Part shown: one piece after another, positions 50,769-63,499 of the stretch
How the letters are laid out: each line of letters begins with the position of its first letter
Position numbering within the stretch: position 1 is the stretch's first letter
Assembly (NCBI RefSeq): GCF_001194135.2
Contig: NC_068995.1
Location: forward strand, 33,500,170-33,564,169
Length of the DNA stretch: 64,000 nt
Direction: 5' to 3'
Origin: Octopus bimaculoides
Lineage: Eukaryota
The notes under the pieces: model-generated
Database searches by the model: none
Told to the model about the DNA's origin: nothing
What the model saw: the letters and a program-made list of their open reading frames with translations, nothing else
Position numbers and translations under genes: made by a program

Positions 50769-52005
50769 TTGGGTTGGCAAGAAAGTAATTTCGCTTTTTG
50801 CAAATAGAGTTACAATTTTTTTGAATGACTTTTGTCAATGTTATGATTTTTTCCTTTTGACATTTGATGGCCATTACTTTTTAGCTTACTTTAGAAGTAA
50901 ATTGCACGTAATTTTGTTTACAGCTGTTAGTTCAGTGTCAATTGAACATTTTCACCATATTTTGCTTTTGTATTTCTGTAAAGGCAAGAAAGCTATTGAG
51001 GTTCACAAAGAGATATGTGAAGCTTATGGTGTTGATTGCTTAACAGAACACACATGTCAGAAATGGCTTAAAAAATTCTGTTCTGGAGATTTTTCACTCA
51101 AAGATGACCAGCTTTTTGGTCAATCTACTGAAGTTGATGATGACCAAATCATAGCCATAATGGAATCTGATTGTCATATAACTGTGTGAGAGATTGCAGA
51201 GAGATTAAATGTATCACGCACAACTATTGAAAATCACTTAAAATGTCTTGAACTCGTTAAGAAGCTCAATATTTGGGTTTCACATAAATTGAAAGAGATT
51301 CACTTGACAGTGAATCAATATTTGCGACAGACATCTCAAATGCAATGAAATCGATCTTTTTTTTCAAATGAATCATCACTGGTGATGAAAAATGGATTGT
51401 CTACAATAACATCAATCAAAAACGATTATGGTCCAAGCATAAAGAATCAGCACAAACCACATCGAAAGCTGAATTGCATAAAAAAAGATCATGCTGTCCA
51501 TTTTGTGGGATTACAAAGGTGTTGTGTATTTTGAGCTGCTTCCAAGGAATCAAACAATCAATTCAGATGTTTACTGTCAACAACTAATGAAGCTGCAGGA
51601 AGCAATCAAAGAAAAACGTCCACAATTGGCAAATCGTAAAGGGATCATGTTCCATCAGGACAATGCTAGACCATACACGTCTTTGCTAACTCGTGAAAAA
51701 TTATTGGAGCTTAGCTGGGAAGTGATGTCACATCCACCATACAGCCCTGACCTTGCACCATCAGATTACCATTTACTTTGAAGTTTGCAAAATTCTTTGA
51801 ATGGTAAAACTTTCAATAATGATGATGACCTGAAATCGCACTTGCTTCAGGTTTTGGCTGATAAGGACCAGAAGTTCTATAAACGTGGAATCATGAAGTT
51901 GCCAGAAAGATGGCAAAAGGTCCTCGAACAAACTGGAAAATATGTATAAGTTCATTCTTTGTATTAAAAAAATGACTTTTATTTCACACTTTCTTGCCAA
52001 CCCAA
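50769..52005 (+). mobile_element. Full-length mariner (Hsmar1-like TIR), transposase disrupted
   Basis: TA|ttgggttggcaagaaagt ... actttcttgccaacccaa|TA, 1237 bp. Fragments TEHTCQKWLKKF.SGDFSLKDD, ITGDEKWIVYNN and MFHQDNARPY...HPPYSPDLAPSDYHL. Confidence 0.93.
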
Positions 52006-53011
52006 TATATATATGTGTGTGCCAGTGCCATGTAAAATGCACTTGTGCTGGTGCTGCATAAATGCACTTGTGCCAGTGGCACGTAAAAAGCACCCATTAT
52101 ATTCTGTAGAGTGGTTAGTGTTAGGAAAGGCATCCATCCGTAAAAACCTTATTAGAACAGACAATTGAAGTCTGGACAGCTCCCTGGCTGCTCAGCTCCT
52201 GTCAAACCATCCAATCCATGCCAATATGGAAAATAAATGTTAAACAATGATGATGTTGATAATGATGATGATGTGTAAATTTTTAAAATCTAGATCCCAT
52301 TTCTATGAAATGATATAAATCCTGCTCTATTGTAATCTGGTGTCAAGGCCATAGTAATCAGGTGAGAGAGTTAAAATATTTGTAATGTTTTGTAGCTCTT
52401 TATCAACAACTTAAGCATTATAATTTTATCACTTACCCAAAATACATCAATGGCACTATTCATACACTTCTCTTCTAGGAGTCTTTAACTACAATTATTA
52501 CATACAAAACTATTTTTATCTTTATGCTTCCCAGCTGACCTATTCTATGATACTTCTTTCTGAAACATTTCTTGCAAATAAACAGAAAAATATTATTTGA
52601 AACTTTTTTTTCTGTAACATAAAAAACAAAAGAAATTTTATTAAAACATGGCTTCCCTAAAAGTTTGCATTCAATTAAAACTATTTAAGACTGTGTCTCT
52701 TTAGCTGAATTAAAAAAAAAATATATATATCATATCACTTGAAAGGAAAATTCCTACCTGAAAAAAATATTTATTTAGAATTTGAGTGCAGATGATATCA
52801 TGTGGATGTTGTACCAGACAACTGACATTGTTGTCCAGATAAAGTATAGATAATTAATGATGGTCTTGTCAGATGCAATCTTAGATATAGTGAAGCTACA
52901 GACTTTGACATCTTCAATCAATAGTGAAATTGACCAGTTTTGAGTCACATTTCTTTTATTGTTGGAGAACTCTTTATGGAAATTGAAGACAATGTCAGAG
53001 GTCATCATTAA

Positions 53012-53226
53012 CCCTTTAGTATTCAGATTATCAAATGTAATGCTTATTTATTCACATTGTTTTGAATCAATCATGCGTTATCTTGTAGCTTTGAGATATC
53101 AATGATATGATTGTTTATTTTTAAAATAACATTGTAGGGTAGACGTGAGAGGCTGAATCTGTCCAGTTTGAACATAAAACAGGTAGAATATTTTGGCCAG
53201 ATATGACTGGTTTAAATGCTAAAGGG
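53012..53226. mobile_element. piggyBac-type MITE (intact copy)
   Basis: TTAA|CCCTTTAG ... CTAAAGGG|TTAA. Confidence 0.88.
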
Positions 53227-54045
53227 TTAACTTTGAAATGTTCTTGTCCATTTAACTGAAGATAAACACTTCAGAATTGAAATAGCTTGCTGTTCCAAGT
53301 AGTAATAACAGCAGTAGCAGTACTATAAACAAATGATTCATTAGTTTGTAGTCATGAATTTTAATGAAGAGAGATGGGCCAGACTGATTTTCCCAATCTC
53401 TAGATGACCAAATGGTTCAGCATTTCACTTCACAGAACTGAAGTCTTCTGTTTGATCCCACTGAGTGATATCTTGGATGTCTTTTACCAAAGTCTCAGGT
53501 CACTTCAAGTCCTGGGAAGGAAATTGAGTAAGTAGAAACTATGTAGAAGCCTGTCAGATAGTAATTCAGTTGATCAGATAAATAAATACTCATTGAAGCA
53601 CCAAGTTCCACAACATGAAGACAGTCTTTAGTTAGTAACACTAAAGATACCTGTGACATTTCAAATTTATCATATTTCTTCTGACTTTGTCATCATCATT
53701 GTCATCATCATCCTTTAATGTCTATTTTCCATGCTGGCATGGGTTGACTTTTATGTGCAAAATCTGCTGAAGTGTGTGAGTACTGAAACTGACATCATAA
53801 TTGATGGTGAATTTAGTAGGAAATTTAGTGTACCAGTAATTCACTAGGGTACTATCATTTTCCTGTTTGCAATAATACGGAATTTGAAATAAGCAATATG
53901 TCATTTGTTTGAATCAATAACAGTCATAGTCATACTCATATCATTGATTTCTCTTTTTGATAAGAACTGCCTTTGTAATGTTTAATTTAATAAAAATGCA
54001 CAAATTCATTTTTTTATTCTTCTTGTATTTTTAGAAATTTGAAAA

Positions 54046-54246
54046 ATGGTAGCACTCACAAGAAGTCTAAACATAGCTAGTGTGATGTTAAAATCGATGT
54101 TCTGGACTTATGGCAAATTCTGTGCCTTACATCCATGGGAAGTGATTATTGGGACATTATCGGTGACTTTGTGTTTCATGTCAATGACCATGTACTCAAG
54201 TGAAGTAAAAATCTGTGGCTGGAACTATGCATGTTCTAACATCGAT
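54046..54246 (+). CDS. HMGCR: HMG-CoA reductase, first coding exon (exon starts at 54035)
   Basis: Polypyrimidine tract and AG at 54033-54034. MVALTRSLNIASV-MLKSMFWTYGKFCALHPWEVIIGTLSVTLCFMSM...KICGWNYAC matches the human N-terminus (HPWEVIVGT, KICGWNYEC). Donor GTGAGT at 54247, phase 0. Confidence 0.96.
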
Positions 54247-54350
54247 GTGAGTAAACACTTTGCCATTACAGCATGACACTGCTTTCTTGGCCTTTATTTC
54301 CTTTCACCTTTTAATTATTGTTTGAAATAAATTTTTTGTTTACTTTCTAG

Positions 54351-54462
54351 AAAATGCAATCCTTCAGTACAATTGGTATCAAAATAGCAAGAGATGTTGC
54401 TGTTATGTCTCTCTATTTGAAATTTCGGGATCTGAAGAAAATTGGATCTCATTATTTACTGA
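54351..54462 (+). CDS. HMGCR: HMG-CoA reductase, coding exon 2 (112 nt)
   Basis: tttctAG acceptor. KMQSFSTIGIKIARDVAVMSLYLKFRDLKKIGSHYLL aligns without gaps to human [43 protein letters not shown] donor at 54463, phase 1. Confidence 0.94.
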
Positions 54463-56216
54463 GTGAGTATTCCTCTTACTACTACCACCAATTCTCTTCT
54501 ATTTTCAGTCTACCCCCCCCCCCTTTCTTACTCATGTACTCTCACTTTCTATCTTTCTATCCTCAACCACATACATGTTTTGGTCTTGTTGCCATAAAAC
54601 TAGATTTATAACCTGAAACCAACTGCAACAGTTGTCCACATTTGTAAAGAAATAGAAATGTTTATGACAGCTAGAAAATGAATGAGTGAACAGTGTAGTA
54701 GTTTTGTGAGCAATTCATTTTTATATAATATGAGTTTTATATAATACTTTTTATTGCTGATGTTCTGTATCTAAAGACAGTTAAATATATAACAAAAGGT
54801 CTGTATTTAGAATAGTTGGTTTCCTGTTAAAAACGTTTAACATTATTCAAGTTTTGTTTTTCTTGTGTGTATTGGAGGAGAGATGGAAATGTGGCTTCAG
54901 AATTTTATGTCATGGATTAACCCTAGAATTATATAAAAACAGAAAAGTGATAACATCTACTGCAAACAGTGTAAATCTATTGTAGTAATAGGACAATTTT
55001 AAAGCCAACACTGTATGCTTGCAGTGTAAAATTGTAAACAAATGTTAATACAGTCCCTCTATGGGCAGATAAAGAAAGACCTTCCCAAACTGTGATCCTG
55101 TTTGGGAGAATCATCAGGAACCCTCACCTCTTTTGCTATTTGTCCACAATGGTATTGTGTGTGTGTGTATGTGTGTATATATAGTCATTACAGTTGATTT
55201 CAAATTTTAGCACAAGGCCAGCAATTTTGGGGGAGAGGGTAAGTTGATTACATCGACCCCAGTGCTTAACTGGTACCTCAGTAGAATTTGAACCCAGAAT
55301 GTAAAGACAGACAAAATGCCACTAAGCATTTTGCCTGACATGCTAACGATTCTGCTAGCTCACCACCTTAGTCATTAGAATTAAGAACTTTTAATTAGAA
55401 GTAGTGACTCTATTAGCTATTCGTCAAATAAGACAGTTGTGTACTTTCTGATGATTGTCTCAAATAGGACTAACTAGCAGGACTGATTTTTTCCTCCTCT
55501 GCCTGTAAAGAAAGGCATCTGTTTATGTTTAGCAGTCTTTTCACTTACATATTCAGTGCCATCTAAAGCTTGTATGACTACAATAGATTTACTGCATTGT
55601 ATTTACAGTATCAAATACATGCTAATTAGCATATCAGTCATTAATTTGTATCTTTTACTTCCAACAGGGCTAATAGAAAGCTAGTGCTTCACTCCACTTT
55701 CATGGTGTGACTCAGATGAGAGGTAAATTTTTCCTTGGACAGGATGCCAGTTTATCACAGCTAAAAATCTTAGATAATCTGGTTCCATAATCTCTGGTAG
55801 CAAGGCGAACTCTGACATTGTTAAATAAAGGAGGAGTGGGTCTCCCCCACCCCAACCCAACCTGAAACTCAACTAAATGCTGGTAGCAGGTTATAAATTA
55901 TGGCTGATGATATTAGTAATCTAGTGCTTTATTCACTAATTAATGTTACTTCTACACTCCTGGGATTTAGTATGATGATGATGATGATGATGATGATATT
56001 TTCTAGCTACAATTAGCAGCAGATTGAGCAATGTTAACTTTGTCTTTTGTTGCCCAAGAATATGTAAAACTACCAGTAATATACCAGGATGATTGCGATG
56101 GACAATATTCTCTTCCAATAAAAGTTTGCTTAAGAGAAATTATTGTGAATAAAGGATTAGTACAACAAAATGTTATTGTTAGGAAAGGAGGGCTAACTCT
56201 AAACACTATAGTCGAT

Positions 56217-56269
<53 letters not shown>

Positions 56270-56990
56270 TCAGCATAATTTTCAGTCTGAGATTTTGCTG
56301 CTTTTTTCAGTGTCAAAGAGCAACTCTGGCTCTCTTTTGTAAAAGATGTTACCTGCAACACTAAAAAAAGAAACAAACTCATTTTTCTATCTTATTCTGT
56401 CTGAAACGATGGTCACGAATAGGACAGCTAGCCCAGATTGGTGAGGCCCATGCTGGTCATATTCAAAGTGAGCCCACATAGGTTGATGCATATCTGAAAA
56501 ATACAAACAGGGAGTTCCAAACTGGAAAGAAATAAAAGAAAGTTTAGTACAGAGTTTTAGGAGTGTTAGACACAGTAGGATGACAAGCGGAAGCTAAGTG
56601 GTGTATTAAAGGGGTTAGTGTATATGTAGGTTGTTAGTTTCAGTGAGTCAGAGTTGTAAACAACTCTAGTTGTAAGAGGGATAGATATTTTTTAGATTTG
56701 TCTCAATGGCTGTAAAGTTTACTGACTTGAGTTTATCAGTTTGAAAGATTAAGATGACAAATTTACCATGGTTTATTTTCCTGTTTTCCAATATCAGGGA
56801 AGTTTTTAGATACATATTTCCAAATTTACAGTGCCATTTAATAATAAAGATAATTTCCACTACTGTATTATTATTTAGAATTCTAAAGAGTTTGCAAATA
56901 AATAGAATATTTATTTGGGAAAAATTCAGTTTTTCACTTTTATTTCAGTGTTCAATCCTTCATGCTTCTTATGTTTTTCATTAATTTCAG

Positions 56991-57078
56991 CTGTGTCTGC
57001 ATTGTTTGCTCTGTTCTCCAGCCTGTTATTTAGTATTGCTGTATTAAATGTGGTTAAGATTGATCATACTGGATTCAG
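56991..57078 (+). CDS. HMGCR: HMG-CoA reductase, coding exon 3 (88 nt)
   Basis: tttcAG acceptor. (T)VSALFALFSSLLFSIAVLNVVKIDHTGF vs human [35 protein letters not shown] donor at 57079, phase 2. Confidence 0.94.
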
Positions 57079-57335
57079 GTAAGTCACTTTCATTGTTCTT
57101 TTTAATTTTTTTTCTAAATATCAACTAAATTGTAATCTTGTAAATGTAGAGAATATTTGTTTATGACATGCACTTTCACTCAAATAATGTGACCAGTTAA
57201 ATTAATTGATACTGAGAGAGTGGAAGCAATTTAGCTACCCGTCTAAACCCAATATTTTACATATATCAAGTGTTCATATATGTGTTTTTGTTGTTGTTGA
57301 GACATAGTGGGGGATGTAAATATTTTTTTAAATGC

Positions 57336-57529
57336 TAAACATGGATGTTCTGTTAGAACAAACTGTACTGTAGTAAGTACCATGAGAGAAACTCTCATAT
57401 CGGCTTTTCGTGCTAAATGCACTCTTGTTTATATTGCTAGAATGCATTTTGCACCAAGTGCCAATATGTGAGTTTCCCCTCATGATATCTATTGCAGTAT
57501 AGTTTGTTCCAACAGAACATCCATGTTTA
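57336..57529. mobile_element. ~194-bp imperfect palindrome (MITE-like hairpin, possible TA TSD)
   Basis: taaacatggatgttctgttagaacaaact...gtgctaaatgca pairs with tgcattttgcac...agtttgttccaacagaacatccatgttta. Confidence 0.85.
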
Positions 57530-58959
57530 AGTGGAGATAAATATTAACTCTTGGTATTGATACTGCCTTTGTAGCTAATATATATATATTTTTAAAATGT
57601 TTCATCTCCAACAATGAGAGTGTAATATCCTGAAAACTTATAAGCTTATTAACAATGCTTCTCAAATATTTATTTATTCATGTAACATTATAATTAATAT
57701 AATAATTAATGCAACAATAACTAATCTGTACATTATTTTTCTTTTTATTATCTCAACATTTTCTTGTGTTTGTTTTCTTAATGAATAATGATAATGGATG
57801 GCAGAATCAGTAAGGCAGTCAGGACAACTTGACATCTGCATACTCAGATATCAAAATAAGTCCAACATTACCTCACATGCTTCCATCTCCTTATAACTAC
57901 CATTCTTTCCTCTCCTTCCATTACCTCATAATCTTTTCCTTGGTCAAAATGGATAAACAACCTGTAGTTAAACATCATGATCTAAATTTGGAAGAAGTAG
58001 AGTGAACGTAATCAACATTGATCATGATGAGGTGTAAAATTAAAAATAAGTACTGGGGTAAATTTGTGTGACTAAACCCTTCAAGGCAGTGCCCTAGTAT
58101 GACCACAGCCCAATGACAGAAGCAAGTAAATGATAAAAGAGACCACTGTTGATAACGTTGACTCTACTTCTTCCAGATTTAGATCATGAGCCAGTGTTCA
58201 AAATTGTCATTTTCTTACTGAATTAATCATTATCTTCAGTTATTACGTGATACTGGAATACAAAATCAACATCTCTGACTCAGAGTTCATGTAGTTCAAA
58301 AACAGTTTTGCATATACAGTATCAAAGTAAAGTAAAAAAAAATCTTCTAAAAACTGGAAATTAAATGCATTATATATAAATATATATATATATATATATA
58401 AATAAAATTTCTTCACACATCCTACCCCAATAGACCAAACTACATCTCTTCTCTTGCTCACATTTCCGCTTTTTCATGAATTATGCTAATGTTTATCTCT
58501 CTCTCCCCACTCCTGCAGCCCAATCCTGTCCTCACTGTCCTGCTTACTGTATCCTTGCTATTTTGTTGTTCCCCCACCTCTTGTATATACCCAGGTTTCA
58601 CCAGTCACTGCATCCCCCCACCACCTTTGTGTTTATGTGGACTCCATACTCCCTTGGCAATACTCTACCATCCCATTTATATTCTCATCCACCCCCGTAC
58701 CCTGTGATTATGCTTTGTCACACTGCCATCATCTTTCTCTCTCTCACTCTCTCACCCTTGCTATCTGTTGCGCTCTCACACTTTCACTCTCTTCCACACC
58801 CGTTCTTTCTTATTCTGTCTCTCTACCCCACTCTGACTAGGGTAACCATGTATTTCCTCTACAGCAAGACACCTGTTTCTGTCCTTTTGGCATAAGGCCA
58901 CCTCCTCCAATATCCACCCTCTCAAAGGGTATTCGTCTTGCAAGTTATTTGGTGACCCT

Positions 58960-59230
58960 GCCAGCACTGGTGCATCCAGTCCACACTATAGAGTGGTTGG
59001 TATTTGGAAGGGCATCCAGCTATATAACCATGCCAAAGCAGACCTTGTTGGTGCCATGTAAAAAACATGCTGTCCACTATGTACAATGGTTGGCATTAGA
59101 AAGGGCATCCAGCAGTAAAACCCATGCCAAAGTAGACCATAAAGACTGGTGCAGTTCTCTGGCTTGCTAGCTCCTGTCAGACCATCCAACCCATGCCAGC
59201 ATGGAAAATGGATATTAAAGGATGATAATG
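58960..59230 (+). mobile_element. SINE/RTE-type 3' end, internally duplicated
   Basis: Two copies of tggttgg..tt.gaagggcatccagc followed by ccatgccagcatggaaaatgga. Confidence 0.7.
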
Positions 59231-59488
59231 ATTGTGTGTGTGTGGTTGTTGTTGCTGTTGCTGGTGGTGGTGGTGGTGTTGTTGTATTTTCTTTTTATAC
59301 TTTTACAAGAAAGAGGTAATAGTGACTTGGAAATTTTGGCCTGCATGCCTTCATTTAATAGTCTGGCAAAGGCTAGCAAACTGAAAATTTGAAGTCACTG
59401 TCACTAATCTTCTTGTAAAATTGCAAAAAAGTATTAAGTTATTCTTCAGCTGAATATTAAATTGTTTTTGTTACAAATCAACATAAAA

Positions 59489-59542
<54 letters not shown>

Positions 59543-59621
59543 TTTTCTTTCTTGTGTTTTAATTCTGAAGCTATGAAGTTCGTAAACAATATTCATTTCT
59601 CAGCTGTAGCTTTTACTTTAA

Positions 59622-59772
59622 CCCTTTTAGTAAAAATAACTTTCTCATTATTAGGCTGGTCTGAAAAAATAGGTGAACAGTTTTAATGGGAGATTATAAT
59701 TTAGATCACTTTAAAACAATAAATTTGTGTCATAGAACCAAGAGGATCTCAAGTAGGTTGGTATCAAAAGGG
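59622..59772. mobile_element. piggyBac-type MITE, second family (related decayed copy ~45283-45512)
   Basis: TTAA|CCCTTTT ... AAAAGGG|TTAA. Confidence 0.8.
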
Positions 59773-60601
59773 TTAAACAAGTTGTTGATATGATCTTTAC
59801 CATTGTTTTATTCAATGAAAATAAAGATCCTATCACATTCAATACACATTAAACAGATGGAAAACTAACCTAAAANNNNNNNNNNNNNNNNNNNNNNNNN
59901 NNNNNNNNNNNNNNNNNNNNNNNNNNNNNNNNNNNNNNNNNNNNNNNNNNNNNNNNNNNNNNNNNNNNNNNNNNNNNNNNNNNNNNNNNNNNNNNNNNNN
60001 NNNNNNNNNNNNNNNNNNNNNNNNNNNNNNNNNNNNNNNNNNNNNNNNNNNNNNNNNNNNNNNNNNNNNNNNNNNNNNNNNNNNNNNNNNNNNNNNNNNN
60101 NNNNNNNNNNNNNNNNNNNNNNNNNNNNNNNNNNNNNNNNNNNNNNNNNNNNNNNNNNNNNNNNNNNNNNNNNNNNNNNNNNNNNNNNNNNNNNNNNNNN
60201 NNNNNNNNNNNNNNNNNNNNNNNNNNNNNNNNNNNNNNNNNNNNNNNNNNNNNNNNNNNNNNNNNNNNNNNNNNNNNNNNNNNNNNNNNNNNNNNNNNNN
60301 NNNNNNNNNNNNNNNNNNNNNNNNNNNNNNNNNNNNNNNNNNNNNNNNNNNNNNNNNNNNNNNNNNNNNNNNNNNNNNNNNNNNNNNNNNNNNNNNNNNN
60401 NNNNNNNNNNNNNNNNNNNNNNNNNNNNNNNNNNNNNNNNNNNNNNNNNNNNNNNNNNNNNNNNNNNNNNNNNNNNNNNNNNNNNNNNNNNNNNNNNNNN
60501 NNNNNNNNNNNNNNNNNNNNNNNNNNNNNNNNNNNNNNNNNNNNNNNNNNNNNNNNNNNNNNNNNNNNNNNNNNNNNNNNNNNNNNNNNNNNNNNNNNNN
60601 N

Positions 60602-60664
<63 letters not shown>

Positions 60665-61773
60665 GTTATGGTTTTGAAGTTTGGAAGTGAAGACCTTAAG
60701 CAACAATTTTTTGAAATTGTAAAGTTTTATCTATTACTGTTTAAGATTTATGGTTATTATTTTAGTTTCACATTTTGTATTTTCTAATTTTTTACTACAT
60801 ATAACCACATGCTTTAATTCAAATTATATACCCTTCATACTAATAAATTAACTCAGTCTCTTCGCCACCAATTTAAGCGTTTTATTTGCTCCTTGAAAAA
60901 TAGGATTTAAATAGAATCTAAACATTATCCTGAGACAATATACTGCCAAATTAGCACTTATTCTAGTCAAGCCTTTCAAGCTTCTCTCTCACTCATACCA
61001 ACACAGTTATAGAAACAGGACTGGTAAATTGATATAAGACTTGATAAGAGCAGCAACTACCTTGTTTTGTTAGTTTACTTTACCCATGTTTATGGTGACT
61101 ACCACCAAATCCACAGCCAGATAAGACAAGAAATGCAACTTCCCCACATTGCTTACATTACATTCTGTTCAGTAAAGACTCTGTTAGAGACATACTGTAT
61201 AGTCTTTAGTTAAGCTGAGGTGTGGCCATATCTGGTGAAATGGATCAGTTGATTGCCAGAGCAATACAATAACAATAGCTATGAAAATATACTAATGTAT
61301 ACCCTCTTCACAGTCAATGAATCACTATAAACTGCCACTTATTGCTCATGTGTAACATTTCTGAGATGGTTCTATATGCTCCAGCATGACCGTAGCTGCA
61401 TTGTTGAAACACATAAGAGAATTTTGTGTGTGTGTGTATACATGTGTATTTATAATATATACACACACAAAATCCTTAACACACTTTCTACAACACAATC
61501 TTTTTCCTTCAATACTGAATCTAGTGATTCAGTTTGTAATTGTAATGGTAACTACTATATGACACAAGTGTTTTTAACCTTGAAAAGTCAGTGATTGAAA
61601 CTGGCTGCACTCAACTTTTAGTAAAACTTTTAGAAAAAGCATAACACAATTTCTGACCAAATTCTCTTACTATATACAGTCAATGCTCTCGTACTGGTTA
61701 TATTGTATCTGTCCATTTTATGATTGAGGCAATGGAATGAAATTCCTCAATCCAAGAAATAACTGCTTTATAT

Positions 61774-62185
61774 TACAAGGTTTGGCTGAAAAGTTCATAG
61801 GCTGATTAAAATACTCTCATGGAATATGACCAAGTGAGGTTTATTTTTCAACATAGACCCCCTCCCTTCAGTTCACACACTTCTTCCATCTGTGCTACAG
61901 TACTTAGATCCCACTGGTAAACAAGCTTTCATCTTGTTGGTTGAAAAAGTCATCAACAGCAGATATGACATCACTGTGATACTGGTTCCTAGCTAAGTGG
62001 GTTTTTTTCATGTTAGGCAAGAGATGATAGTCAGGTGGGGCTAAATCAGGAGAATAGGGAAGGTGATAAACCAGTTCAAAAGCTACAGTCATGCACAGCA
62101 GTCACTGAAACCAAGGAGTTTTGTGCTGGAGCATTCTCCTGATGAAACAAAATCCCTTTCAACAATTTTCCTGGGCATTTGATCT
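61774..62185 (-). mobile_element. 3' half of a mariner, same family as 32714-33954
   Basis: TIR ggtttggctgaaaagttcataggct. Translation HLPYSPDLAPPDYHLLPNMKK. Confidence 0.88.
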
Positions 62186-62500
62186 GAACCATAAGGCTTA
62201 TGAAGCTGGTAGTTAATGAGATTGCAAGACTTTACATGTGAGAAAAATATTACATATTTACACAATATATAAACTTCTAGTCTTCAGATATTGGCATATT
62301 GAATGATATTATAGCTTCTTAAAGATATTGTCTAAGAGAGTGGCTTTTGGTTCTGCCAAAGCTACACAACTGCAATTTTTCTGGATAAATGAGCAGAATT
62401 CCATACATTTTTTATTGCTGTTTTAAATGTAATTGGTATGTTTGTTTTTCATTTATTCATTTTATATAATTTGTATAAAATGTGTTTCTTTCTTTTGCAG

Positions 62501-62585
62501 TGAGGCATTTCCCTGTTTAATTCTCCTTATTGATCTGTCCAGCGCTAGTACTCTTGCTTGTTTTGCCTTGGGTTCAACTTCACCT
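62501..62585 (+). CDS. HMGCR: HMG-CoA reductase, coding exon 4 (85 nt); gene continues beyond the window
   Basis: cttttgcAG acceptor. (S)EAFPCLILLIDLSSASTLACFALGSTSP vs human [35 protein letters not shown] donor at 62586, phase 0. Confidence 0.95.
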
Positions 62586-62752
62586 GTAAGCTACTATTCT
62601 TTCTATTCCTTTTTTCTAATCTGTTCTTATGTATCCTTTTGATCAGTAATTTCTATTTCAATGCTTTCATTTGAGCCAGTCTATAATTATATGTATACAG
62701 ATTATATACAGATATTTGGTTATTCTAAATTTTAATTTCATATATATGTGTG

Positions 62753-62787
<35 letters not shown>

Positions 62788-62797
62788 NNNNNNNNNN

Positions 62798-62828
<31 letters not shown>

Positions 62829-62869
62829 ATATATATATATGTATACACACACATACATCACCTCCAAAC

Positions 62870-63125
62870 CTTGGAGAAAGAAGCCCATCATATATGTCTG
62901 TGTGTATCTTTGTATCTGAAAATGTCCCCTACTACCTACCATTGGACAACCAGTTTTGTTGTGTTTACATCCCCCATAACTTAGTGGTTCAACAAAGACC
63001 AATACAATAAGTACCAGGCTTAAAAAACAAATAAGTACTGGGGTTGATTCATTCAACTAAAAATTCTTCAAGGCAGTGCCCCAGCATGGCCACAGTCTAT
63101 GGACTGAAACAAGTAAAAGAGAAAA
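62870..63125 (+). mobile_element. SINE family C, 3' part
   Basis: Reverse complement of 15335-15540. Ends gtgccccagcatggccacagtc...actgaaacaagtaaaaga. Confidence 0.75.
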
Positions 63126-63499
63126 GATATAGCATGCACTTTTTTTCCAGGTTTTTAGACCTAAATGTTAAAGTGTTCACATACACAAGAAATAAATTTT
63201 AACCATTTGTCAGTGACATGTGTTGTAAAAATTGAGATTATATGACTGGAAGTAATCAATATCTTTTGTCCAAGCTAACTGCTGTTTAACAAAGAGTTAA
63301 GACAACAATAGCATGACATTTTTCTGTGATAGTAATATATTTAATGTTCAGCACAATTGGCAGGTATGCATCCTATAGAATTACTACTTTCAACATTCAG
63401 TGTAAAAGGCCAGAATGGAATAGTTCAGTTTCTTAAATTATTTGTTGTGAAGATTAAATTAATAAATAATGAATAATACATAGATATTGTTGTTGTTGA

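Noticed and set aside
56030-56260. Poly(A) run (~35 nt) after a short ORF, suggesting a processed pseudogene
   Set aside because: No recognisable protein, no TSD, and the nearest AATAAA is too far (~70 nt) from the A-tract.
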